DNA of 34,789 nt from the NCBI GenBank assembly GCA_902492825.1, contig CABUMZ010000001.1, forward strand, positions 1 to 34,789, written 5' to 3'. Below the pieces are notes generated by a model. It made no database searches. It was not told the origin of the DNA and saw only the letters and a list, made by a program, of their open reading frames with translations. The DNA is from an uncultured Collinsella sp. Lineage in GTDB: Bacteria > Actinomycetota > Coriobacteriia > Coriobacteriales > Coriobacteriaceae. The position numbers and the translations under genes are program-made. This document shows positions 25,867-34,789 of this stretch, in pieces. Every line of letters starts with the position of its first letter. The first letter of the stretch is position 1.

Positions 25867-26661
25867 CTAGTCCGTAGCACCGCTTTCGGTTCCATACGAC
25901 GACGAAGACGCCTCGACCACATGGTGATATCGATCGATATAGATTGCACGGGCACCCAGGCGTCGCACCAAATCCTGGTGATGCGTGCTCATCAAGACCG
26001 TCTTACCCGCCGCGACATAAGCCAGCAAGAAATTGACCACGATGTCGCATGAATCCTCGTCGAGCCCATTGGTAGGCTCGTCGAGGACCAAGATATCCGG
26101 GTTCATCGACACCACCGCAGCCAGCGCAACACGCTTCTTTTGCCCGCCCGAGAGCTGATAGGGAGAGGCGTCGGCAAGGTCGGCAACCTGGAACAGCCCC
26201 ATGGCATCGCGCACGCGGCGCTCGAGCTCGTCTGCCGGCAGACCCATCTGCGCGGGACCAAAAGCAACTTCCTCGCCCACCGTGGCGCAGAACAGCTGGG
26301 CATCGGCGTTTTGGAACACGAAGCCCACGCGCTGGTGGAACTTCTGAGCAGCAGCAGAATCCTTCAGATACGCCGCATCGACCACGTGCCCGTCAAACAG
26401 GTATGCCCCTGCGTCCGCGAGTTCAAGGCCGTTAATAAGACGCATAATCGTCGTCTTGCCGCAGCCGTTGGGACCGAGCAGGGCAACGAGTTCACCACGA
26501 TCGACCTGCAGCGACACGCCATCGACAACCGTATGCCCCGCATAGGAGAACACCACGTCGCGCAGCTCGATGAGCGGAACGACCTCGGCGCCGCCCACAC
26601 CGTTCGTGCCCGCCGCACTATTCATATCGATCGTCAAAACGTCGCCCTTCCCCATTTGCAT
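25867..26661 (-). CDS. ECF transporter ATPase (NikO/CbiO-type)
   Basis: GPNGCGKT, FQNADAQLF, LSGGQKKR, LDEPT; start uncertain. Confidence 0.9.
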   Translation of the reverse strand: MQMGKGDVLTIDMNSAAGTNGVGGAEVVPLIELRDVVFSYAGHTVVDGVSLQVDRGELVALLGPNGCGKTTIMRLINGLELADAGAYLFDGHVVDAAYLKDSAAAQKFHQRVGFVFQNADAQLFCATVGEEVAFGPAQMGLPADELERRVRDAMGLFQVADLADASPYQLSGGQKKRVALAAVVSMNPDILVLDEPTNGLDEDSCDIVVNFLLAYVAAGKTVLMSTHHQDLVRRLGARAIYIDRYHHVVEASSSSYGTESGATD

Positions 26662-26683
26662 CCCCAGTCGGAACCAGCAGCGC

Positions 26684-27520
26684 CTACAGCACGGCGCACA
26701 ACACTGTCAGCAGCGCCACGCCGGCCGCATAGGCCGCATCGCGCCAGCCAAACCTGGCGCGCGCGGGAGCCGGATACGCACCGGCAAAGCCGCGGCAAAG
26801 CATAGCCTCGTCCATCGCGCGGCTGCATTTCATCGCCTTGATAAAGGTCATGCCCATGATACCCGCGATCGAATCGGTACGCGAAAATCCCTCGGGCGCA
26901 CGGCCAACGCTGCGCAGCATGACCGATTCGCACAGATCGTGCGCCGTACGACCCAGCACCTCGATGTGCTTGAGCGCCATATCAAACGTAAAGATAACTT
27001 CGTCGGGTAGATGCAGCATCTTGAGCGCCGCCGACATGCGGCTCCACGTGAGGGTCCACGAAACGCCCAGCACCAGCGACACATTAATGAAGGTCTTGAG
27101 CGCAATCTTGAGCATGGCGCCCGTAGCGGAAGCACCCAGCAGCAGGGCAGGCAGCGCCAAAACCACTGCGAGCCCCGCGGCGCCAAGCGCCGGCACAAAG
27201 GTCGCGCGCAGCCCGCGTACGGGACGCACGGCAACGAGCACCAGCGCAATGGCCGCCATCAACATGAGGTACAGCGGGCTCTGCGTCAGGCACACGCACA
27301 GGACGCAAACGAATATCCCCACCAGGCGCACCGGAGCCGAAACGCAAGAAAGGGCGCGGTCGACCATCGACCCGCCCTCGTGCGCGCCTCCACCCAGGCG
27401 AACCCGCTCAAGCAGGCTCGCCAGGTGCAGGACGTTCTTTTGCATCACGCGATGACGAGCGCCCGTGGGCTCGTAACGCTGCTCGACCGCAAGCCAGCTA
27501 GGCAGCTCGACCATCGCCAT
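26684..27520 (-). CDS. ECF transporter T component (NikQ/CbiQ-type)
   Basis: Multi-TM protein with LRS and AMLCRGF coupling motifs; sits between the S and A components. Confidence 0.85.
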   Translation of the reverse strand: MAMVELPSWLAVEQRYEPTGARHRVMQKNVLHLASLLERVRLGGGAHEGGSMVDRALSCVSAPVRLVGIFVCVLCVCLTQSPLYLMLMAAIALVLVAVRPVRGLRATFVPALGAAGLAVVLALPALLLGASATGAMLKIALKTFINVSLVLGVSWTLTWSRMSAALKMLHLPDEVIFTFDMALKHIEVLGRTAHDLCESVMLRSVGRAPEGFSRTDSIAGIMGMTFIKAMKCSRAMDEAMLCRGFAGAYPAPARARFGWRDAAYAAGVALLTVLCAVL

Positions 27521-28583
27521 GAGCACCGCTTTCCTTAACCGTCAGCGAGATCAGACGGAATGCGATGGTGAGCACCGCCACGCCAATCACGCCGGACAGG
27601 ATATACATGGCAGCCTGACCGGCAAAGCCGAGACCCTGTTCCTCGGAATAGGCCTGCAGGTAATCACCCGTAGGCAGCGCATCGGCAAAGGTCGGGGTGT
27701 CGAGACCGACCGAAGCCTGCAGGCTGTCGTCGCCAACCTCCTGAACGGCGGTCGCGGCGCCCTCGGCGTCCCACTCACCCCAGGCGTCACCCGTGGCCAG
27801 CAGGCCCAGCGGCGTGGCCACGACAAGCACGGCAACCAAGATGAGCGTGGGGACCAGCGAGGTCTTCTTGGCAGCAGCGCCCTCGGCAGCAAGCTGTCCA
27901 TCGGCGGCTTCGGGGCCGACGATAACGCTCGGCGCCGTCTTCTTGATAAAGCCGTAGATCGCGGCAGTCGCCACGCCCTCGACCACGCCGGCTACCAACA
28001 TATGCGGGATCATCATGGCCGGAATGGCAATGGACAGCGGGAAGGGGCAGTACAGCGGAGCGCCCGAAGCATTCGTGAAAAGCATCGGCTGAATACCAAA
28101 CTCGATTGCTGCGCACAGGGCCGCCAGGCACAGGCCGACCCAGCCGCTTACGATGGCCGAAACCGAGGTACCCCAGCTCTTGTCGTGCAAACGGCTGTTA
28201 AGCGCGCGGAACACGATGGCTGCGGCAAACGGCAACACGAAGGCCATGTTAAAGCAGTTAGCGCCAAAGGACAGGATGCCGCCGTCGCCAAACAGCAGCG
28301 CTTGCAGCGCCAGCGCGACCGAAACCGCGATAGCCGCGGCCTCGGGGCCCAGCAGCAGCGCGATGAGTGCGCCACCAACGGCGTGGCCTGTGGTGCCGCC
28401 AGGCAGCGGCACGTTGAACATCATGAGCAGGAAGGAGAACGCGGCGCAGATGCCCAGGAACGCCATGTGCTCGCGATCGAGCGTGGCGCGCACCTTTTTG
28501 ATGCAGTGGATCCAAACGGGCACCATCGCCACCGCCATAACGGCATCGGTCTGCGGGGACAGATAATTATCTGGAATGTGCAT
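27498..28583 (-). CDS. Ni/Co ECF S component with fused N domain (NikMN/CbiMN-type)
   Basis: MHIPDNYLSP metal-binding N-terminus, GTTGHAVG, QALLFGDGG, C-terminal LATGDAWGEW domain with two TMs. Confidence 0.9.
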   Translation of the reverse strand: MHIPDNYLSPQTDAVMAVAMVPVWIHCIKKVRATLDREHMAFLGICAAFSFLLMMFNVPLPGGTTGHAVGGALIALLLGPEAAAIAVSVALALQALLFGDGGILSFGANCFNMAFVLPFAAAIVFRALNSRLHDKSWGTSVSAIVSGWVGLCLAALCAAIEFGIQPMLFTNASGAPLYCPFPLSIAIPAMMIPHMLVAGVVEGVATAAIYGFIKKTAPSVIVGPEAADGQLAAEGAAAKKTSLVPTLILVAVLVVATPLGLLATGDAWGEWDAEGAATAVQEVGDDSLQASVGLDTPTFADALPTGDYLQAYSEEQGLGFAGQAAMYILSGVIGVAVLTIAFRLISLTVKESGAHGDGRAA

Positions 28584-28640
28584 GTACGCCTCCCGGTTAT
28601 CGGCGCACGGAATTGCAACGCCGCTTGAATCACCTTTCCA

Positions 28641-28668
28641 GTGTTACGTAATGTCAGATTCGTAACAC
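28641..28668. promoter_or_regulatory. NikR-like operator
   Basis: 28-bp palindrome GTGTTACG-N12-CGTAACAC, 57 bp upstream of the S-component start. Confidence 0.65.
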
Positions 28669-28686
28669 TCCGCGGGCTATCATAGC

Positions 28687-28721
28687 AAAACGGCGCACTG
28701 CCGACAAAGCAGCACGCCGTT
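28687..28721 (-). terminator. Probable terminator after pheT
   Basis: AACGGCGTGCTGC-loop-GCAGTGCGCCGTT followed by TT on the minus strand. Confidence 0.55.
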
Positions 28722-28828
28722 ATGTAATGCGCGTGTCATATATGCAGGCTCAACGGTGCCTTATACCGAAAACAGCAGTCACGTAAGACTCGGCGGCAGC
28801 CGACGCTGGCCCATATCCGGCGCAGGAC

Positions 28829-31282
28829 CTAGCCGCGGACCTCGCCGTTTACGCCCTTGCACACCTTGGTGACGATCTTCTGGTGCGCCTTTTCGACCTC
28901 TTCGCTGGTGAGCGTGTGGTCGTCGGAGCGATACGTAAGCGCAAAGGCCATGGATTTCTTACCCTTGCCGATGCGGACCGGATCGCGGTAGACATCGAAC
29001 AGGCGCACGCCCTCGAGCAGCTTGCCGCCGGCACTCGTAATACGACGCTCAAGATCCTCGCAGGTCACAGTGTTGTCGACCACGATAGCAAGGTCGTGCT
29101 CAACGGCCGGGTACTGCGAGAACTCACGGTAGTTATCCTGGTTGCGGGCGCCCTTGATCAGCTTGTCCAGGTCAAGCTCAAAGGCAACGACGACCTCGTC
29201 GATGCCCATAGCCTCGCGCGCCTCGGGGTGGATCTCGCCAACCCAGCCCAGCACGGTACCGCCCGAGAGCACCTCGGCAGCACGACCCGGTTGCAGGAAG
29301 GCATAGCCCTCGCCCTCGACGGGACGGAAGCGAACCTTCTCGATGCGCAGCTGGGCAAGCAGCTCCTCAACGATGCCCTTGCCAAAGAAGAAACGCAGCT
29401 TGCGGTACTTCATGCTCCAAGACTGCTCGCTCCACTGGCCCGAGAGCACACCCGCCACGGACTTGGTCTCCTTGGGCAGGCTGGCGTTCTCGCGGCCATG
29501 GAACAGGCTGCCGACCTCGTACAGGTGCACGTTGGGCGTGCCGTGGGCCTCGTTGTAGGCCACAGACTGCAGCAGACCTGGCAGCAGCGAGCGGCGCATC
29601 TCGGTCTGCTCGGCCACCAGCGGGTTCATGAGAACCACGGGGCAGCCGCGGCCCTCGGTGGACATACCAATCTTCTCCAGGTCGCCCGGGGCGGCAAAGC
29701 CAAAGGTCGTGGTCTCGTTGAGGCCGCAGGCGCGCAGGATCTCGCCGACCTTACGGGTAAGCTTCTGCTCGCGCGTCAGGCCGCCGATGTGGTTCTTGGC
29801 AGCCGGGATGGTCGCCGTAACGCGGCCCATGCCCCATAGGCGCAGGACCTCCTCGATCAGGTCGATCTCACGCGGCAGGTCGGGACGGAAGCTCGGCGGG
29901 GTAACCATAAAGTCCTCGCCGTCGCGCTCGACGGTGCAGCCCAGACGGGTGAGCGAGCGCTCGATAAAGTCGGGCTCGATGTCGGCGCCGCAGATGGCGT
30001 GCACGCGGGCCAAGCGCAGCTTGATGCTATCGATGGTCTTGGGCGCGGGGAAAACGTCGACGTAGCCGGGAGCGACCTCGCCGCCGGCGATCTCCTCGAT
30101 GAGCGCGCACGTGACGTTGGCGACATCCACGCAGCCGGTCTCGTCGACCTGGCGCTCAAAGCGAATGGAGGCGTCGGAGATCAGCGAAAGGTCGCGGCTG
30201 GTGTGCGAGGTGCGGCCGGCGTTGAAGCAGGCGCTCTCGACCATCACGTCGACGGTGTCGTCCTCAATCTCGGAATCCATGCCACCCATGACACCGGCCA
30301 GCGCCACGGGACGCTCGCCGTCGGTGATGAGGCCCATACCGGCGTCGAGCACGCGCTCCTCGCCGTCGAGCGTCGTGAACTTCTCATCCTGCTGGGCGGC
30401 GCGAACCACCACACGACGGTGCCCATCGCGCTCGGCAAAGGTGTCCAGGTCAAAGGCGTGCAGCGGCTGACCGGTGAGCATCATCACATAGTTGGTGATG
30501 TCGACGATGTTGTTGTGCGGGCGCACACCCAAGGCGTTAAGGCGCTTGACCATCCAGTCGGGCGACGAGCCGACCTTGACGTTGCGCACGATGCGGGCAA
30601 CGTAGCGGTCGCACAGGCCCTCGTCGGCAATCTCGACGGAAAGCTCGTCGTCGGTCGCGCGGCCGGTCTCGGCTTTGATGGCGGGCAGCTCAACGTGGAA
30701 ATCGCGATCGAAGATGGCGCCGGTCTCGCGGGCCATACCGATCATGGACAGGCAATCGGGACGGTTGGGCGTGATCTCGCAGTCGAGCACGGTATCACTC
30801 GAGCCCACGTACTCGGCAAACGGCATGCCGCAGGGCGTATCCTCGGGCAGGATCATGATGCCGGAGTGGTCACCACCCAGGCCGAGCTCGCGCGCGGAGC
30901 AGTTCATGCCCATGGACACGACGCCGCGAAGCTTGCTCTTCTTGATCTTGACGTCGCCGGGAAGCACGGCGCCAATCATGGCCGTGACGATGTGGTCGCC
31001 GGCCTCGAAGTTCTGCGCGCCGCAGACGATCTGCAGCGGAGCGGGGTTGCCGTCGGCGTCGAGGTTCTTGTCACCCACGTCGACCGAGCACACATACATG
31101 TGGTCGCTATCGGGGTGCGGGGTCTTGGTGAGCACCTTGGCGGTCACCACGTGGTCGAAGGACTCGCCCACGGTGTCGATCGCCTCGACCTCGGTGCCGG
31201 TACGGATATATTCGTCCGAAAGGGTCTTGGGATCCTCCGGAATATCGATCATGGTCTTGAGCCAGTCGTAAGAAACACGCAT
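28829..31282 (-). CDS. pheT: Phenylalanine--tRNA ligase beta subunit
   Basis: MRVSYDWL, IVCGAQN, ITPNRPD, DITNYVM, DLIEEV, C-terminal FDX-ACB domain. Confidence 0.98.
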   Translation of the reverse strand: MRVSYDWLKTMIDIPEDPKTLSDEYIRTGTEVEAIDTVGESFDHVVTAKVLTKTPHPDSDHMYVCSVDVGDKNLDADGNPAPLQIVCGAQNFEAGDHIVTAMIGAVLPGDVKIKKSKLRGVVSMGMNCSARELGLGGDHSGIMILPEDTPCGMPFAEYVGSSDTVLDCEITPNRPDCLSMIGMARETGAIFDRDFHVELPAIKAETGRATDDELSVEIADEGLCDRYVARIVRNVKVGSSPDWMVKRLNALGVRPHNNIVDITNYVMMLTGQPLHAFDLDTFAERDGHRRVVVRAAQQDEKFTTLDGEERVLDAGMGLITDGERPVALAGVMGGMDSEIEDDTVDVMVESACFNAGRTSHTSRDLSLISDASIRFERQVDETGCVDVANVTCALIEEIAGGEVAPGYVDVFPAPKTIDSIKLRLARVHAICGADIEPDFIERSLTRLGCTVERDGEDFMVTPPSFRPDLPREIDLIEEVLRLWGMGRVTATIPAAKNHIGGLTREQKLTRKVGEILRACGLNETTTFGFAAPGDLEKIGMSTEGRGCPVVLMNPLVAEQTEMRRSLLPGLLQSVAYNEAHGTPNVHLYEVGSLFHGRENASLPKETKSVAGVLSGQWSEQSWSMKYRKLRFFFGKGIVEELLAQLRIEKVRFRPVEGEGYAFLQPGRAAEVLSGGTVLGWVGEIHPEAREAMGIDEVVVAFELDLDKLIKGARNQDNYREFSQYPAVEHDLAIVVDNTVTCEDLERRITSAGGKLLEGVRLFDVYRDPVRIGKGKKSMAFALTYRSDDHTLTSEEVEKAHQKIVTKVCKGVNGEVRG

Positions 31283-31366
31283 CTAGCTCTCCTTTCATAC
31301 TGAAAGCCTGCGAAGAGATGCAGGTGGAAACTTCAACTTTGTGAACATTCCTTACAAAGCGAGGGT

Positions 31367-31457
31367 TGTCCAAGTGCGGCAGATCGGCCCGAAAGAGGAG
31401 CGCCGCGTACTTTGGTACGCAAGCGACGAATGAGCGCCGAGGTGCCGTGCTTGGGCA
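31367..31457 (+). repeat. Intergenic palindromic element between pheS and pheT
   Basis: TGTCCAAGTGCGGCA/TGCCGTGCTTGGGCA and TCGGC/GCCGA arms with inner GCGTAC-TTTG-GTACGC. Confidence 0.6.
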
Positions 31458-31466
31458 AGCCGCAGC

Positions 31467-32543
31467 CTAGAACTGATTCAAGAAGCGCATATCACCCGTC
31501 ATGAGAGTTCTGAGGTCGGGCAGGTCGTAGCGCAGTGCCGCGACGCGCTCGGCGCCAATACCAAAGGCGAAGCCGGTGTACTTCTCGGGGTCGATGCCAC
31601 AGTTGATCAGGACGTTGGGGTCGACCATGCCGCAGCCCAGAATCTCGATCCAGCCGCTGTGCTTGCAGAAGTTGCAGCCCTTGCCGCCGCACACGTGGCA
31701 GCTCACGTCCACCTCGCAGGAAGGCTCGGTGAAGGGGAAGAAGTGCGGGCGATAGCGCGTCTTGCGATCCTCGCCAAACATGCACTTAACAAAGTAGTCG
31801 AGCGTGCCCTTAAGATCGCCAAAGGTGATACCCTCGTCGACGACCAGGCCCTCGATCTGGTTGAACTGCGGCAGGTGGCAGGCGTCGGCCGTGTCGGGAC
31901 GGTAGACGGTGCCCGGGCAGATCATGTAGATGGGCGGCTTTTGCGACTCCATGGTGTGGATCTGCACGCCCGAGGTCTGGGTGCGCAGCAGCACGTCGGA
32001 CTCGCCGTGAGCGTGAGCCTCGGGATGCGCGACGCTGCCGGGGTTGTTGTCAACCACATAGAACGTGTCGCGAGCCGAGCGGCTCGGGTGATCCATGGGC
32101 GCGTTGAGCGCGGTGAAGTTGTAGTAGGAGGTATCGACCATGGGGCCGGACTCGACGGTGTAGCCGATGCCGCAGAAGATATCCTCGGCCTCCTCGATGA
32201 TCTGCTTGATCAGGTGCTGGTGACCGATCTGCGGACGGATGCCCGGCAGCGTGATGTCGACGGCCTCGTGCTCGAGTGCGTGCTTGAGGGCGGCGGCCTT
32301 CATCTCGGTGGTGCGCTCGTCGAGCATGCCCTCGATCAGCTGGCGCATCTCGTTGGCGCGTTTGCCCATCACGGGACGATCCTCGGGGGCGAGCTTGCCC
32401 ATCATGCGCATCAGGCCGGTGATACGGCCCTTGCGACCGAGCAGCTCAACGCGCGCAGCCTCGAGCTTGGCGGCGTCGTCGGCGCTAGTGACGAGCTCCT
32501 TGGCCTCTTCCTCGAGTTTGACCAGATCATCAATCAGACTCAT
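31467..32543 (-). CDS. pheS: Phenylalanine--tRNA ligase alpha subunit
   Basis: NFTALN, HPSR, LLRTQTS, FPFTEPS, GFAFGIG; ATG at 32543 with GAAAGGGA RBS. Confidence 0.97.
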   Translation of the reverse strand: MSLIDDLVKLEEEAKELVTSADDAAKLEAARVELLGRKGRITGLMRMMGKLAPEDRPVMGKRANEMRQLIEGMLDERTTEMKAAALKHALEHEAVDITLPGIRPQIGHQHLIKQIIEEAEDIFCGIGYTVESGPMVDTSYYNFTALNAPMDHPSRSARDTFYVVDNNPGSVAHPEAHAHGESDVLLRTQTSGVQIHTMESQKPPIYMICPGTVYRPDTADACHLPQFNQIEGLVVDEGITFGDLKGTLDYFVKCMFGEDRKTRYRPHFFPFTEPSCEVDVSCHVCGGKGCNFCKHSGWIEILGCGMVDPNVLINCGIDPEKYTGFAFGIGAERVAALRYDLPDLRTLMTGDMRFLNQF

Positions 32544-32629
32544 GTCTTCCCTTTCGTCTCTCGCGCTCCCCACTCGCCGGGACGACTGCCGCCGCCTGGC
32601 GTTGCGAAAACGCGGCCCGGTTCGGTAAC

Positions 32630-32910
32630 AAAAAACCGTCCTCGGGCATGTGCATTGCCCAAGGACGGTTGAATTCCGCGGTACCACCTTGTTTGACCCG
32701 GCGGATGTCTGGCCCGCCGCGCCCACTCTTTGCCCCTTGTCGCGAGGCTCACGGCTTCCCTACTGGGGCTTCGCCGCCGCTGGCCGCGCGCCCGTTGAGG
32801 TTGCTGCTCGGGAGTGAACGCTTAGCCCTTGTCACCGCAGGAAGCCTTGCAGCCCATGACCTTCCCTCTCTTGCCGGCGACGCGGCGGGCAAAACCCTCT
32901 CCGTCAACGC
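32630..32910 (-). ncRNA. T-box leader (Phe specifier) with intrinsic terminator
   Basis: Stem I with AGAGA and GCTG boxes, specifier UUC (32816-32818), T-box AAGGTGGTACCGCG (32687-32700), terminator AACCGTCCTTGGGCA...TGCCCGAGGACGGTTTTTT. Confidence 0.92.
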
Positions 32911-33047
32911 ATTGGGCTATAGGATAACACATTCTGCGTGTGCATCGCCGCGTTCCGTTTTGTTCGCGCTGGGTACAAGGCAAGTAGCTGTGCAAACTGG
33001 CCGCGTCGCCGCATGCGACGGGCGACCTGCGAGATTAAGGATACGGT

Positions 33048-34622
33048 ATGGGAAAGAACAAGGATAAGATGGTCAAGCCCGCAGCGGACAAGACGCCCAA
33101 AGGCATGAAGGTCGATAAGGCCGTCAAGAAGCTCCGCAAGCTCGAGGGCAAGCTGTGGACCCGCGAGTACCTGCTCAAGATTGCCGAGTTTGACGGCGCG
33201 ACCATTGCCCCCGCCAACGGCGCCGCAGCGCGCACCGATGCCATGGGCACCCTTGCCGGCGAACATCACAAACTCCTGACCAGCAAAAAGTCCGTTGAGC
33301 TCGTGCGCTCTCTCGCACGCGAGACCGTCGCCGGCGGCAAGATCGACGACCCGCAGCTGCTCGACGAGATTCGCGTACTCGGCCGCGACCAGCGCGAGGC
33401 AAGCGCCATCCCCACCGAGGAGGCCGAGGCCTGGACCAGGCTCACCTGCGAGGCCGATGCCGTGTGGCACAAGGCCAAGACGGCCAATGACTGGGCAAGC
33501 TTTGAGCCCTATGTGGATAGAATCGTCGCCCAGCTCAAGCATCAGGCCGAGCTCATGGACCCCAAGCGCGACCCATACGATGTTTGGCTCGACCAGTACG
33601 AGCGCGGCCTTTCTGCCAAGAGCTTCGACGCGTTTTGTGACGAGGTCAAGGCCACGGTCGTGCCACTCGTGCACGCCATCGGCGAGCGCGGCCAGCAGCC
33701 CGATGCCGACTTTTTGCACGCCCGCGTGCCCGAGGCCGCCCAGCGCGCCATGAGCTTCGACCTGATGAAGCTCGTTGGCCTGAACCTGGACGACACCACG
33801 CTTGCCTTTACCGAGCACCCGTTTAGCGAGGGCTTTGCCGTGGGTGACGCGCGCATCGCGACACACATCTACGAGGACGATTGCATCTCCAACGTCTACA
33901 GCATCATCCACGAGGCGGGGCACACCATGTACGAGCTGGGCGTCAATCCCGCCTATGCGCGCACCTGCCTGGAGGGCGGCACCTCCATGGGCATCCACGA
34001 GAGCCAGAGCCGCTTCTTTGAGAACACCGTGGGCCGCAGCCGTGCCTTTATGGGACCGCTGCTCGAGGTGCTGCGCCGCCACGCACCCGAGGTCTACGGC
34101 GACGTCGACGAGGACACGCTCTACCACGCCGTGAACATCGCGCAGCCTTCGCTGATCCGCACCGAGGCCGACGAGCTCACCTATCCGCTGCACGTTATGG
34201 TGCGCTACGAGATCGAGCGCATGCTGTTTGCCGGCGAGGCCACGGCCAAGGACATCCCCGCGCTTTGGAATCGCTTTATGGATGAGTACCTGGGCATTCC
34301 CGTTCCCGACGACACGCACGGCTGCCTACAGGATACGCACTGGAGCGGCGGCTCGTTTGGCTACTTCCCCACGTATGCGCTGGGCAGTGCCTACGATGCC
34401 ATGTTTGTGCCGGCCATGTGCCGCGACGGTGTCGACCTTAACGGCGCCTGCGCGAGCGGCGACCTGACACCTGTCCGCGCCTGGCTGGGCGAGCACATTT
34501 GGCAGTGGGGCCGCGCCAAGGACGCGCCGGAGCTCATCAAGGGCGCGTGCGGCATGGCGTTCGATGCCCGCTACTACTGCAGCTACCTGCAGGACAAGTT
34601 CACCACGCTGTACCAACTGTAA
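33048..34622 (+). CDS. Carboxypeptidase, M32 (Taq) family
   Basis: HPF, HEAGH, HESQS, IRTEADE, GCLQDTHW, GYFPTYALG. Confidence 0.95.
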   Translation: MGKNKDKMVKPAADKTPKGMKVDKAVKKLRKLEGKLWTREYLLKIAEFDGATIAPANGAAARTDAMGTLAGEHHKLLTSKKSVELVRSLARETVAGGKIDDPQLLDEIRVLGRDQREASAIPTEEAEAWTRLTCEADAVWHKAKTANDWASFEPYVDRIVAQLKHQAELMDPKRDPYDVWLDQYERGLSAKSFDAFCDEVKATVVPLVHAIGERGQQPDADFLHARVPEAAQRAMSFDLMKLVGLNLDDTTLAFTEHPFSEGFAVGDARIATHIYEDDCISNVYSIIHEAGHTMYELGVNPAYARTCLEGGTSMGIHESQSRFFENTVGRSRAFMGPLLEVLRRHAPEVYGDVDEDTLYHAVNIAQPSLIRTEADELTYPLHVMVRYEIERMLFAGEATAKDIPALWNRFMDEYLGIPVPDDTHGCLQDTHWSGGSFGYFPTYALGSAYDAMFVPAMCRDGVDLNGACASGDLTPVRAWLGEHIWQWGRAKDAPELIKGACGMAFDARYYCSYLQDKFTTLYQL

Positions 34623-34644
34623 AGCTTAGGCGACACGCCAACGC

Positions 34645-34684
34645 AAAGGGGGGCGCCGCAGGATCTATCCCGCGGCGCCCCTTT
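34645..34684 (+). terminator. Terminator after M32 carboxypeptidase
   Basis: GGGGCGCCGCAGGA-TCTA-TCCCGCGGCGCCCC followed by TTT. Confidence 0.7.
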
Positions 34685-34789
34685 ACACCCAGTCACCAAC
34701 CCGACAGTTAGGGACAGTCCCCAAGTGCCGGCACAGACGATATGAGCAGGACATAAAAACATTGAGAGCCCCTGCTGCATGAAAGACCG

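Overview
High-GC chromosomal window, most consistent with a gut Coriobacteriia (Collinsella-like); the taxonomy is inferred from codon style and gene order. In order: tRNA-Leu(CAG); a minus-strand housekeeping block (tatD, rsmA, metG, rsmI, a GH5-family protein); tRNA-Phe(GAA); a small toxin-antitoxin-like pair whose toxin carries an in-frame amber stop; a ~9.6 kb monoderm Tad/Flp (type IVc) pilus operon (cpaB, cpaE/tadZ, tadA, tadB, tadC, two Flp-like pilins, two TadE-like pilins, a large TadG-like protein, DUF192); rsgA; an IS200-group element; a P-type IIA ATPase; pyk; an IS1249-like (IS256 family) element with 24-bp IRs, 8-bp TSD and a nonsense mutation; a Zn-dependent PLC-like gene; a NikMNQO-like ECF transporter with a NikR-like operator; T-box-regulated pheST; and an M32 carboxypeptidase. 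The most notable unexplained signals are a two-hairpin leader with complementary loops that sequesters the RBS of the P-type ATPase (riboswitch candidate), a GH5 lacking its catalytic acid/base Glu, unusual Tad features (Ala at -1 in four pilins, a Cys/His cluster in the TadG-like protein, a TadE gene with an out-of-frame start), and a structured 3' region in the IS200 element. All calls come from reading the sequence; no database search was run.
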